Of a stretch of 64,000 bases of DNA, positions 1 through 9,836 are shown in pieces. Every line of letters starts with the position of its first letter. Position 1 is the stretch's first letter. A program made the position numbers and the translations under genes. The notes under the pieces are model-generated. The model did no database searches, was not told the origin of the DNA, and was given only the letters and a program-made list of their open reading frames with translations. The stretch covers positions 62,001-126,000 of the IMG/VR virus record IMGVR_UViG_3300028654_000001; one strand, written 5' to 3'.

Positions 1-1
1 C

Positions 2-2110
2 CTCATCTGGCAATACCGAGACTTCGTTGCTAACGCCTCTCTTACTGACACAGGCACAACAGGATCCCAACCTGATCACAAGCTCACACTGAGTGTACTC
101 GGAATTGATAGGAAGTTTGCCCCTTATGTGGAAGGTAAACTCGAGCTAGGAGCACGGGAACCAATCGGGACAGCGTATGTTCACCCATATTTCTGGGTTG
201 CATGTCACCAAGACGCAACTCTGATAGCGATCAATCCGGTAACTATGAAAATTGAGAAGACAGTCAATATTGACTATCTTCCAACGCGTATCCAGGTTGG
301 TGATGACGGGTTGTTATACATCATAGCAAGTGACACACCATCTGAAGTTGCTAGTAATGTTATTGATGTAGTAAATCCGGCGACTGGTGTAATTGTGCAT
401 CGATTCATTGGGTATCGAGCAATTGATGTATTCGTGCATGGGGGGTACATGTACCTATCCACCGATGTGAGCAGCAATCTAGCTAAGCTCAACTCTACTA
501 CCGGAGCGTTAGTAGCTACTGTTGATATTGGTGAGGGGGCGGGTCAATTTGCTTACGCGCCTGGAGGTCCGCTGTACATATCTACTCATACGGGTTGGGA
601 AACACAATCATCCGTTCGGATTTATGATCTCGCGACTGATACCGTAACTCATGTGATCCCCAATGTTGGACTGACCACTTACGGCATTGCCATTTGGAAC
701 ACTACCCTACTCACTGGTAATTATGGTGACGCTGGTGGGAAAGATGTGACCTTTATTGATCTAACTACAAACACCATCAAGAAGGCAGTAGCTATAGGGA
801 TTGGAGCCAATGTATTCGGGATTACTCCGAATAACCTTGCATTTGTTGGTTGCGCTGACTCATCTGAGGTGGTGGTTCTAGATTGCGTGGAAGAGAGAGC
901 AGTAGCTCGTTTTGCAGTAGGAACTTACATGATTGGTGGCGTGGCTTATGGTGGGGGTTACATTCTTGCCGTTGCTGATGGGAACTACCCTCCACCAGCA
1001 GGAGCCTATGCTGGTGGTAGAGCGACTGCGATCAAAGTAGCTTCCCGAGAGGATGTTACCATCACTTGGTCTGATCCAACCTACTGGGGGGCGGCTGATG
1101 CTGCTCCAACTACTAGCAATGGTGTGAAAGCTCTCCCCAAGTCAACACTAGGTGATCTACCTTCAGATCTTGTCTTCAATGCAACTGCTCAACACATGGT
1201 TGTAGCCTACCCTCAACGCGAGGGTTTAGTTGTACTATCCCAACCAGTAACAAGAACCTCAGTTGATGTGACCAATGCCAATGGAGTAGTTGAGTCCTAC
1301 GAGGTTTGTGACACTGGAGTTGTCACAGCTTCATTCGGGATTCAACATGTGTTCACGTACATCAGGGACTACGCAGATCTACAAGGCCTACTAGTTGATA
1401 TCGACCCTACAGCATTTAATAGACTGACTGTTGCTGCATCTGGGGGTGTTGCAGGAAGAGTGCAAGGTATCTTGGCAAGGCCAGGCACACTCTCTGGAGC
1501 TGTGTCCTACTCCTATGGTCCTATACTAAAAACCGGAGGTCTTGGAGGGCTACCTTACTTTGAATGCGGGCTTAGTGCAAACCCATTCAACGCTATGAAT
1601 ATCGGCACTTCCTGGGGGGATAACCCGATCTCGACCATAACAGCAGGGTGGGCTATCTTCGTCGGACAGATGAATACCGATCCTCCAACAGCTGGTAATG
1701 GTGCCTTGATGAAAATCGGTGGCGCTCAGGGTAATTGTTCATTCGTTCCGATTAGTACTGAATACGGTGGGCCAGGTATCTTTGATGGTTTTGGCACCAC
1801 AGTCTTTAAGAATACTGGGTATCTTACAGCTGGTGCTTCTGCACAACCGTTTGAGTATCAGGTTATGAGCAAGACAAATTCATGGCAATCACGATACAAC
1901 GACACTGTTACCCATGCTGCATTCACCCCAAACGTAGTGGACTTTGCGAGTACACCCCCGACAATCTTAGGGGATAACGCCAACATCTCTGCGTTTTTCT
2001 GTGGTAAGTTCTCCCGTTTCGCTCTATTCGACCACTACCCCAATGCTGACGAGATTCGTGCAATCAGCATCTTGAACAAGCACAAGTACGGGATCTCTTT
2101 AGTCTTGTAA
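2..2110 (+). CDS. Virion-associated protein: YncE/YVTN-like beta-propeller plus C-terminal lectin-like domain; 5' end outside window
   Basis: Frame is open from base 2 (LIWQYRDF...) into the 128..2110 ORF; repeated propeller blades (IDLTTNTIKKAVAIG, VDIGEGA, FAVGTY); C-terminus ends in LNKHKYGI. Confidence 0.6.
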   Translation, partial: LIWQYRDFVANASLTDTGTTGSQPDHKLTLSVLGIDRKFAPYVEGKLELGAREPIGTAYVHPYFWVACHQDATLIAINPVTMKIEKTVNIDYLPTRIQVGDDGLLYIIASDTPSEVASNVIDVVNPATGVIVHRFIGYRAIDVFVHGGYMYLSTDVSSNLAKLNSTTGALVATVDIGEGAGQFAYAPGGPLYISTHTGWETQSSVRIYDLATDTVTHVIPNVGLTTYGIAIWNTTLLTGNYGDAGGKDVTFIDLTTNTIKKAVAIGIGANVFGITPNNLAFVGCADSSEVVVLDCVEERAVARFAVGTYMIGGVAYGGGYILAVADGNYPPPAGAYAGGRATAIKVASREDVTITWSDPTYWGAADAAPTTSNGVKALPKSTLGDLPSDLVFNATAQHMVVAYPQREGLVVLSQPVTRTSVDVTNANGVVESYEVCDTGVVTASFGIQHVFTYIRDYADLQGLLVDIDPTAFNRLTVAASGGVAGRVQGILARPGTLSGAVSYSYGPILKTGGLGGLPYFECGLSANPFNAMNIGTSWGDNPISTITAGWAIFVGQMNTDPPTAGNGALMKIGGAQGNCSFVPISTEYGGPGIFDGFGTTVFKNTGYLTAGASAQPFEYQVMSKTNSWQSRYNDTVTHAAFTPNVVDFASTPPTILGDNANISAFFCGKFSRFALFDHYPNADEIRAISILNKHKYGISLVL

Positions 2111-2111
2111 G

Positions 2112-2318
2112 CTAGGGTTGATCTTTGAGGAGTCTCTCAAACCGAGTTGAGTACACGACCCTGAGGTATCGCTGACAGTTAAGTACAGTGTCGATTAGAT
2201 TAGCTTCCTCAAGATCTTTGTGCCCACAGATCCCATTCCACCTGGAACTAAGCTCCCGACTCGGTATCTTCTCTCGAGATATAAAGTACTGGCACGAAAG
2301 GCAAATGAGCTCAGCCAT
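2112..2318 (-). CDS. Small Cys-rich protein with C-terminal TRFERLL tag
   Basis: CLSC...C...C, ends YSTRFERLLKDQP. Confidence 0.75.
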   Translation of the reverse strand: MAELICLSCQYFISREKIPSRELSSRWNGICGHKDLEEANLIDTVLNCQRYLRVVYSTRFERLLKDQP

Positions 2319-2565
2319 TGTCCTTCAAGATCCTCTCAAATCGAGTGGGCCTCCCCGTCCAGCACGGAAGGTGCCGAGCATTACCTTCCGGATCATCCCA
2401 GATGTTGAAGTTGTCCTCGCAGTAACCATTGGCTGCCTGGAAGTCAGTTGGGAAGTGCACACACTCCTTGCACGGGGGACTCACCACTGAGGAGTGGTTC
2501 CCTCGTATGTGCGAAGGCAAGAGCTTGTCATGCGACATCAGGTAAGCGCTTCTAGATTGCTCCAA
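2311..2565 (-). CDS. Small Cys-rich protein with PTRFERIL tag (start may be downstream)
   Basis: CKEC...C...C, ends GRPTRFERILKDNG. Confidence 0.7.
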   Translation of the reverse strand: MEQSRSAYLMSHDKLLPSHIRGNHSSVVSPPCKECVHFPTDFQAANGYCEDNFNIWDDPEGNARHLPCWTGRPTRFERILKDNG

Positions 2566-2770
2566 CGATCCCCCTCAAGATCCGCTCAAACCTAGTAGGT
2601 GGGCTGTAGCGTGGGCACGTCGTCTTATGGGTGACATACTTATGATTACCATCCTCCTGTCGACAGTCTCCAAGCTGATCTCCTCTATCAGGGCGTAGGA
2701 ACAGCAAGTTTCTATGGGTGAACTTGGTGCACCCATTACAAAGACTAGGTTCGTTCGGGTCTTCATCCAT
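2552..2770 (-). CDS. Small Cys-rich protein with PTRFERIL tag
   Basis: CNGC...C...C, ends SPPTRFERILRGIVGAI; start taken at MDEDP. Confidence 0.75.
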   Translation of the reverse strand: MDEDPNEPSLCNGCTKFTHRNLLFLRPDRGDQLGDCRQEDGNHKYVTHKTTCPRYSPPTRFERILRGIVGAI

Positions 2771-2954
2771 CTTGAAGGATCCTTTCAAACCGAGTAGGCC
2801 TATACAGTGGGAGGTGTCTCTTGCATTCTGTTAGGAAGTCACCCTTGTAAGTCTGATCACTGAACCTAGCACCACAGGGAAAATGCCCATCTGGAACCTT
2901 CTTGGTTAGATAAGTACAATCGGAACAGGGGTTGCGATCTCGATTCGGAGGCAT
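2763..2954 (-). CDS. Small Cys-rich protein with PTRFERIL tag
   Basis: In-frame ATG at 2954 (MPPNRDRNPCSDC), ends YRPTRFERILQDG. Confidence 0.7.
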   Translation of the reverse strand: MPPNRDRNPCSDCTYLTKKVPDGHFPCGARFSDQTYKGDFLTECKRHLPLYRPTRFERILQDG

Positions 2955-2973
2955 CTTTCTCTGGCGTGGGAAC

Positions 2974-3231
2974 TCACGCATCTGCTGGCCGGATGTCCCC
3001 GGTGATAACGAGGTCAACTTCGAAGCCCTCGAACTCAGTCGGTATCTTGGGGCTCCTTGGCTTGTGGTGGAGCAGGATGTGAATGGTTGGGTGGGTCCGA
3101 GCCCCGTTGACCCCAACCCCCACGCCCGTTAGAGCGAAGCCTTGATCCTTGAGCTTCTGATGCAGCTTCTTACCCGCTCTCTTGCAATCAAGGAAAGCTG
3201 GGGAGTCCTCGGTAAGTATTGGCTTAGTCAT
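2974..3231 (-). CDS. Hypothetical protein
   Basis: 85-aa ORF; GGTATA motif 12 nt upstream of the ATG. Confidence 0.6.
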   Translation of the reverse strand: MTKPILTEDSPAFLDCKRAGKKLHQKLKDQGFALTGVGVGVNGARTHPTIHILLHHKPRSPKIPTEFEGFEVDLVITGDIRPADA

Positions 3232-3273
3232 CTAGGCGCACTATATACCACAGATGGTGTATACTTGGGAAGT

Positions 3274-3633
3274 ATGGCCGACAATGACATCGAATCCTTC
3301 TGGGATGGGCTACGACCGCCTCCACTGCCCCCTGAGGAGCAGAGACAGAAAGCCATTGAAACAGGGCTGTGTCGAGCTCGGGAGGAAGCGTTAAACCATC
3401 CTCACTGGGCCGTCTCCTGGAGGAACCCGGGTGAACCAGGGTCGGGGCCGCTCACTGACCTTGTCCGAGCTTTCACCGAGCTGGGGCTATCCGTCGACAC
3501 CCATTTCGAGTTCGATAGATCCGTTCTGTCCCTCGTCATTGGAGACCAGACCATCCACCTAGAAACAACCGATGGACAGACCCGTGTCAGAGTATTCGAT
3601 CTACTGCCAGACACACAAATTGTGATTGCCTGA
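3274..3633 (+). CDS. DIESxW-family protein
   Basis: ATG 3274 gives MADNDIESFWDGLRPP, matching the ORFs at 16618 and 20913; GGTGTA 12 nt upstream. Confidence 0.75.
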   Translation: MADNDIESFWDGLRPPPLPPEEQRQKAIETGLCRAREEALNHPHWAVSWRNPGEPGSGPLTDLVRAFTELGLSVDTHFEFDRSVLSLVIGDQTIHLETTDGQTRVRVFDLLPDTQIVIA

Positions 3634-3685
3634 TAAGCTTCAAGATGTCCCGCGGAGGTTGCCGAGTATCTGGCGTCTTAGAAAC

Positions 3686-4666
3686 CTAGTGTGGAATCTT
3701 TGAACACAGGCGAGCAGAGAACTGTTGGCCCGTCTCTTTGGCGAAGATTGCTTTGAGCTTTGCCACTTCTGCCCAGGCGAGCTGAATCCTCTCCCTGGTT
3801 GCATCTAAGTTGTATCTGTCAGTCCTGCCAGATGGGGTACTCCGGAGCCTCACCAGTTCTTGTTGTGACAACTTGATATCTTCGAGATCACCGCAAATAT
3901 TGGGGACGCTGTCGGTCACCGCCTCTGCACGAGCCCGATCGTGCATACACTTACGGCTGGCCCTGCAGGTGCTCTCTTTGGCCGCTAAGACCTTTATTTG
4001 TGCTTCAATGTCTTCGACATCCTTGGTGGCCCTTGTGAGATACTCTGGGTCACAAGATGAATCTTTGAGAACTTGTCGAACCTTGGCATCAGCCTCTACC
4101 CATCGTGTATCACTCAACTTTTCCGAGTTGAGGAAGTACTCCTCATTGAACATCCTCAACCACGAGAGATTGTATTCAACCGTTCGGACCTCTAAATAGA
4201 CCTTTCCGCGATCGGTCTTGATGACCAATTCTCTGTTCTCTTTAAGCAAGTCTACCAGCTCTTGTAGCAGAGGGCTTTTTAGCTCCTCTGCCATTTGAGG
4301 ATGATCCTTAGCGCCCTTCTTTAGATCATTCACCATACTCGATAAGATCTTTCCAAGCTCATCCACCTTTTTCTGTTGTGCTGTGAGATCACTACAGGTG
4401 GCCACCCGAAGAGACTTTGGTTTTAATCCGAACTCCTCCTTCCAGTGTTGTAAGAGTGCTTGCAACTTGTCCTGGTGACTGCGAGATGTATCGACCTGTT
4501 GCTGCATTTCGTCGTCCGTTGGAGGTTTGCTTGTCGGCTGCCTTGTGGTTGAACTTGAACCCGATGCAGTTTGCTGCACCTCTGAGGCCAGACTAGGTAG
4601 AGCCCGTGAGATCCAGGCCAGTAGAATGACCAACAGGATCAGAGTTTTTTGGAGTCTGAAGAACAT
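3686..4666 (-). CDS. Exported or membrane-anchored coiled-coil protein
   Basis: N-terminal hydrophobic signal (TLILLVILLAWISRA), helical body. Confidence 0.65.
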   Translation of the reverse strand: MFFRLQKTLILLVILLAWISRALPSLASEVQQTASGSSSTTRQPTSKPPTDDEMQQQVDTSRSHQDKLQALLQHWKEEFGLKPKSLRVATCSDLTAQQKKVDELGKILSSMVNDLKKGAKDHPQMAEELKSPLLQELVDLLKENRELVIKTDRGKVYLEVRTVEYNLSWLRMFNEEYFLNSEKLSDTRWVEADAKVRQVLKDSSCDPEYLTRATKDVEDIEAQIKVLAAKESTCRASRKCMHDRARAEAVTDSVPNICGDLEDIKLSQQELVRLRSTPSGRTDRYNLDATRERIQLAWAEVAKLKAIFAKETGQQFSARLCSKIPH

Positions 4667-4734
4667 GGCATTACCCCTTATTGAAGACTACGGATTTACT
4701 AGCTGAATTCTATTGAGTCCCTTGAATCCAGGAG

Positions 4735-4980
4735 CTAGACTCTTCTGCCTGTCTCGATTACCCTGACCATTTCCGAGGGTACCCCGATCGACTTCAACCA
4801 CTCAAGAGCGTAGCCCTTTCGAGTCTCTACTCTGAACGCAGGTCCGTAATCATCGTTAGGACTCTCGGCCTGAAGCTCAGGAAATGGAGTAGACCCTTCA
4901 AACTTGATCTCTACCAAGTCGGTTCCGCTTCCAGTAATTACCACTACAGAAGTAATCGAAACGTTGAGTTTAGTTGCCAT
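4735..4980 (-). CDS. Hypothetical protein (MATKLNV...)
   Basis: ATG 4 nt after a class-1 promoter hexamer. Confidence 0.7.
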   Translation of the reverse strand: MATKLNVSITSVVVITGSGTDLVEIKFEGSTPFPELQAESPNDDYGPAFRVETRKGYALEWLKSIGVPSEMVRVIETGRRV

Positions 4981-5013
4981 ACCAATACTACGTTCGAGGG
5001 GGCAGGATCTCAC
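4981..5013 (-). promoter_or_regulatory. Class-1 promoter GTGAGA-N17-TAGTAT
   Basis: One of about 20 copies of the motif. Confidence 0.7.
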
Positions 5014-5041
5014 CAAATTAGTGATAACTGCCCCACCCTTG

Positions 5042-5359
5042 TCACTCGACCTCACTCAGGAGTTCGCTCAGGTCCTGAAGATCAAACCAGATCTCACTCA
5101 GACCATTACTATGACCACGATCCCAAGCCTTCTCCCACAGAAGATCTGCCTTGGGGTGCTTGTACTTCTGATTCCCCTTCGAATCAACCTTCAGTAGTTT
5201 CAATTCTACCAGGGCATCAACCTTGAACTGCCCCTCGAGCCTAGCAATGTCGGCTCGGTATGCAGTATTTACTGCCAAGTCCTGCTTCCTATTCTTGAAT
5301 GGCAGGGTGGTCTTGTAATAACCCTCTTGAAGCTTTTCTGATACTCTCTTGTTTTCCAT
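5042..5359 (-). CDS. Phage hypothetical protein (HPKADLLWEKAWDRGHS)
   Basis: 105-aa ORF directly after a class-1 promoter. Confidence 0.75.
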   Translation of the reverse strand: MENKRVSEKLQEGYYKTTLPFKNRKQDLAVNTAYRADIARLEGQFKVDALVELKLLKVDSKGNQKYKHPKADLLWEKAWDRGHSNGLSEIWFDLQDLSELLSEVE

Positions 5360-5393
5360 GTCAAGTATTACGCTTGAGGGGGCAGGATCTCAC
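5360..5393 (-). promoter_or_regulatory. Class-1 promoter GTGAGA-N17-TAATAC
   Basis: Near-identical to 4981-5013. Confidence 0.7.
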
Positions 5394-5807
5394 CAAACTT
5401 GAAGGTTTTAGAGGTTCCGGAGGAGGTAGGCACTTGTAACAGGTCGGAATGACATAACACCGACGCCGTAACTCCACGACCCGTCCACATTGAACACAGA
5501 GGATTCTTGGATCAACCGGTGGTAGTTCCAGTACCTTCATTGGTCGAAGTCCTACTCTCAGACCGACATGGACAGGGACGCGTATGACCCCTAACATCAA
5601 AGTCACACCCAGAGCCCCCACACATCGGGCAGTCCCCACGACAAGAGCATGGCTCAACAAGTATGATCCCGTCCCCCCTCGTTGAGTGGGTCAGCACTGA
5701 ATCGCAATTAGAACACTTCAAGGTAACCATCAAGTAACACCCTCACGTTCAAATCAAATCTAGCCCAAGTGTCCCCTCGAGATCCAGAAGTTTCAGCCAG
5801 TACTTAC

Positions 5808-6821
5808 TTACCAGATTGGGAAAACCAGCATATTCCAAGGGTTGGCGAACGAGGTACTCGTTATTGGGGTTCCGGCTGTCCAAAGTCCAGTAACTATCGA
5901 GTAGCTGAGTGGTGTCACTGTATTATTATAGAAATCTGATGCTAGTGCGGTGTTACCAATCCCGTCATTGGCTATGGTAACCGATACAATAGCGTTGAAA
6001 CCAGTTATGGTTTGACCCGGGCTAAAAGTATTGGTGGCCGGGTCAAAGTTTACGGTACGGATGACTCCAGGCTCTCCCTCACCACCTCCACCAATTGCAG
6101 ATAGACCATCCGGACGCCAACATACACTCCGCAAAGTAACTGGTATTGAAACATGGTCCCAAGTAGTTCCATTCCAGATCAGACCATCCGATGGTAACCC
6201 TTGGTAACAACTACCAACAATGGCAGCATTACCAGAAGTAGAGATCCCGCTACAAAAGAACTTCTCAGTACTCCCACTAAGTGGAATGCCACTGCCGACA
6301 GACCAGATCCCTGTGCCAGGATCCCTGGCTAGTGGGTAGACATAAGGATCCCACTTAGGAACAGCTATCGCCCTAGATCCATCCCGAGTCATGCTCACTG
6401 AGTTGAAGTGTGCATCCGAAATACTAACTATAGGCTGAGCTTCCCAAAGACCTGACTCTGTGTTGAATTCATAAGGGGTAACCCCACCTGCGTAATCCCC
6501 TCCCGATAGTGCGTGCAACCCGTCATTGGACATTGCTACGGCATCACAATTTCCTCCACCCTGTGGAACGAGAGTCCCCGGTACCCAAGTAGTTCCGTTA
6601 TAGTCTAGTGGAACAACACCACCACCAGAGTAGTTGGCGTATAATACACGAGACCCTTGAATATTGGAGGCGAGCGAGGATAGGTTGTTAGTGGTTGGTC
6701 CTGCCGTGATAGCTCCAGCCACTACCCAACCACCAGTTCCTGAACCAATCAAGTGAGTTACTTGATTGGAACCGTAGTTTTCAACCAATGCATGGAGTGA
6801 GTACAAGAACTTACGGGGCAT
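5808..6821 (-). CDS. Beta-propeller virion/tail protein
   Basis: Repeated blades (VAMSNDG, VSMTRDG, CWRPDG) and W-x-x-G-x-x-I motifs; Gly/Thr/Ser rich. Confidence 0.6.
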   Translation of the reverse strand: MPRKFLYSLHALVENYGSNQVTHLIGSGTGGWVVAGAITAGPTTNNLSSLASNIQGSRVLYANYSGGGVVPLDYNGTTWVPGTLVPQGGGNCDAVAMSNDGLHALSGGDYAGGVTPYEFNTESGLWEAQPIVSISDAHFNSVSMTRDGSRAIAVPKWDPYVYPLARDPGTGIWSVGSGIPLSGSTEKFFCSGISTSGNAAIVGSCYQGLPSDGLIWNGTTWDHVSIPVTLRSVCWRPDGLSAIGGGGEGEPGVIRTVNFDPATNTFSPGQTITGFNAIVSVTIANDGIGNTALASDFYNNTVTPLSYSIVTGLWTAGTPITSTSFANPWNMLVFPIW

Positions 6822-6910
6822 AAAACCTAACTAGGCGAGCTATAAGCAAGTTATCCAACCTCACTTCCGATAGGTCTTGAGCTTCTAACCAGGGAACTCT
6901 ATTCTCCTAG

Positions 6911-9355
6911 TTAAACTGCAGCTGATACCTTGATCATAGCCCCGTTCGACCCAATACGAACAACAGTGGTCTTTCCTTGATCAAGCACAACCCCAGATCC
7001 AATGAACGGGTACTCGGTGAACTTGACTTGGAATGCCCCTGTTGTGTTGTTGTAGACTGCCCACTCAGCTCCAACCCAGGACGGACAATTGAGAAGTAGG
7101 TCACTATCTAGCACTCCTGTGACCTCTATTGATCTGCAGGTCATTTGAGAAGCTAATAACCCAAACGGACCCCCATGCCACGAAACGGTGGCCACCCCGC
7201 CTTGCTGCATAAAGATGATCTTTCCGGCCCCTGGCAGGAATGCCCCACCACTACAACCTGAGAAGTCACAGTTAGGTCCAACGATGATCGTTCCAGCATT
7301 TACCCACAACCCGTAAGCCCCACTGAATACAACGTTGTCGATGTAGAGAATACCTGCAGCATTATCAAGCTTGACGCAAATATCCCCAAGCCCCATCGCT
7401 ATACTGCCACCTGATAACTTGGTGACTCCTGTGCTACCGATTACGATACCAAGCCCATACGCCCCATTTGGCCTTAACAAGTCAAATCCAGTGATCACGT
7501 TAGGCCCTACTCCATTGAACACCCCAAATGAGTAAGCGTCATCCACCTCAGAGGTGTGCATCTTCCAACCATACACCTCGATTTCCCCAGCACATACAAT
7601 GCCATTCTTACAATCGTTGGTGTTTAGGCTGTAGCATTTAGTCCCCGTGACGTTAGCCCCAACATATACCCCTACTGGGGCTTTAACAAAGCTGCACGCA
7701 GTTAGTGTAGTGTCTGCTGTAATGTCTCCTGGGAAGTAGTCAATCAATGCACCATTCTGAAGTGCACCAATTGACGAGAAGTTGGAGATCTTGCTTCGAA
7801 TAGCACCAACTACCCACAAGCTAAATGCAGACCCGATATCCCCGCCACCTTCAATCGAGCAATCAATACTGCCAAAAGTCACCCCTGTAGAGAAGTCACC
7901 CGTAATCACATGTGCATAACCACAGCCGACTGTCCAATTGTTGATTGATCGGCAATTGTAACTATCCGTGAATCCACATCCCTGCTCAGTAAACCCAGTG
8001 AATCGACAATCGCGAATAACACATCGCTCAGTAGCCTGAGCATACATTCCAAAATATGCCAAACCACCAACATTATCATTGCGAGCTACGACGTTGACTA
8101 TCTCGGAGTCACGAGTACCGATATCTAGAGCACAAACTGTATGAACGGTTAGGTGTGGATCTGTTGCTCGATAGTGATAGTTGACATTCCTTAGTGAATA
8201 CCGGCGCCCCGCTGTAACCTCAAACTCCTGCCCGGCAGCCCCATACAGGTTACCCCCACGCATGTCGATATCAATGTCGTGCGGGGTATTGACATACAGG
8301 TCAATACTTGCCCCAATCGGTAACGGCCACACTACAGGACGATCGACTGCTATTGATAGGTTGGTTGCTGCTCCTGCAACTAGTCCAAGCAACGTGTTAG
8401 CAGTGCCAGATCCAACAACAATCGAAGTTACAGCTGATAGTGCTAGGTGATGGTTTGCTGCATCGTCAGTACAAAGGTTGAGAGCTGGCCATTTAGCGAG
8501 AATTGCCGCCAGAAAAGCCTTCTTCGTCGCAACATTTGTGGCCTTACTCAAGACCAGAGTTTGAGGCCCAGCACCATCAACATTCAGAATCAAGGTTAAC
8601 CCATCGAGAGTCGAGCTACCCCCATAGAGTGTTCCCGCTGAGATATCCGTCGTCCCTACGACAGCTTGACCTATGGAAATGACATCGTACATGCCACCAT
8701 TGTCTACAACACGTACAAACAACACCTCCCCCACAACTGGGGTTTGTACTAGAGGTACTGGTATGATAACGTTGCACACACTTTGTGTGACCGCTGTCCA
8801 CCCAAGTGGAGTTACATTGTCTGCGAGCGAGTAAAGGGCGTAATTCCCTACTTGATTAAACTTAATCTGTGTACCAGGGGCACAAGTGAGTCGAGTGTTA
8901 GACGGAATTGTACGACCACTAGAGCCTGCATCGAGAAGTTGGATCTCAGTAGTACCAGATAGTTGAAGCCCCTTTTGAGCATTAGTAGCTGCTACCAACG
9001 CATCCCTAAAGGCTAGCATATCATTGGATATACCGTCTATTGCGGTATAAGTGTTCCGTGAGATCTCGGTCTCAATCTCAGTTCGCATTTCATCGAGACT
9101 GCCACCGGTGAGAACTGCCACCACGACAGTTCCAGCTGCATGAGATGTTGCTGTAGTTCCTTCAACCCCTCTGGTAACCGTCCAAGTTGTGCCAGCAACT
9201 CCAGTGATCAGTATGAGCTCTTGGCCAACTCGAACTCGGAACTCTGGTTGGTTTGGAAAATGAGCTGCACTATCGACCGTGATCATCAAGTCCCCAAACC
9301 CCACCGGTGAAGACAAAGCTGTACTGGCCTGATTGACGAAGCGCTCGGTTGTCAC
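6911..9355 (-). CDS. Tailspike / tail-fibre-like protein with right-handed beta-helix
   Basis: Structural N-terminal module (TWTVTRGVEGTTATSHAAG), tailspike neck motif (DDxxAF-like NDMLAFRDA), pectate-lyase-like repeats. Confidence 0.7.
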   Translation of the reverse strand: MTTERFVNQASTALSSPVGFGDLMITVDSAAHFPNQPEFRVRVGQELILITGVAGTTWTVTRGVEGTTATSHAAGTVVVAVLTGGSLDEMRTEIETEISRNTYTAIDGISNDMLAFRDALVAATNAQKGLQLSGTTEIQLLDAGSSGRTIPSNTRLTCAPGTQIKFNQVGNYALYSLADNVTPLGWTAVTQSVCNVIIPVPLVQTPVVGEVLFVRVVDNGGMYDVISIGQAVVGTTDISAGTLYGGSSTLDGLTLILNVDGAGPQTLVLSKATNVATKKAFLAAILAKWPALNLCTDDAANHHLALSAVTSIVVGSGTANTLLGLVAGAATNLSIAVDRPVVWPLPIGASIDLYVNTPHDIDIDMRGGNLYGAAGQEFEVTAGRRYSLRNVNYHYRATDPHLTVHTVCALDIGTRDSEIVNVVARNDNVGGLAYFGMYAQATERCVIRDCRFTGFTEQGCGFTDSYNCRSINNWTVGCGYAHVITGDFSTGVTFGSIDCSIEGGGDIGSAFSLWVVGAIRSKISNFSSIGALQNGALIDYFPGDITADTTLTACSFVKAPVGVYVGANVTGTKCYSLNTNDCKNGIVCAGEIEVYGWKMHTSEVDDAYSFGVFNGVGPNVITGFDLLRPNGAYGLGIVIGSTGVTKLSGGSIAMGLGDICVKLDNAAGILYIDNVVFSGAYGLWVNAGTIIVGPNCDFSGCSGGAFLPGAGKIIFMQQGGVATVSWHGGPFGLLASQMTCRSIEVTGVLDSDLLLNCPSWVGAEWAVYNNTTGAFQVKFTEYPFIGSGVVLDQGKTTVVRIGSNGAMIKVSAAV

Positions 9356-9536
9356 ATCTGGGTAGACCTATAGAAGCTCTATTGACTGGTTTGGTCCCAA
9401 AATCTTTGCCGCTGTACCCAAACCCAGAACGCAGGTACTTTTCCGATCCGAACCGTCATTCAGATAAACAGGTCTCATCAAACGATGGATTCTTCGGGAT
9501 TAGTGGTCTCAATTGTACTCCATTGAGAGAAAGTTG

Positions 9537-9565
9537 GTGAGATCTGGGTCAGTCGAACGTAGTAT
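9537..9565 (+). promoter_or_regulatory. Class-1 promoter GTGAGA-N17-TAGTAT
   Basis: Motif match upstream of 9579. Confidence 0.6.
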
Positions 9566-9578
9566 AGTCAGGTAACCT

Positions 9579-9836
9579 ATGCCTGAAACGAAAAAGCCGC
9601 TCCCACACCAACGAGCTACCCTGGAAGCCATCGACCAGCTGATCAAGATCAACCTGTACCCAGACGATGAGAACTTCTCGAATTGTGAGGAGTCCATCGA
9701 TACCCTGTTCGGAGGACCCGAAGACTCTGGAATGATCATCGACATCCTCACCCTAGCGAGGATTGCCATCCTCCACCTTCGAGGTAATAGCTTCCTGGTC
9801 CACAAGGAGAAACCTACCACTGAACCTATTCAATGA
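9579..9836 (+). CDS. Hypothetical protein
   Basis: ATGA overlap with 9833. Confidence 0.6.
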   Translation: MPETKKPLPHQRATLEAIDQLIKINLYPDDENFSNCEESIDTLFGGPEDSGMIIDILTLARIAILHLRGNSFLVHKEKPTTEPIQ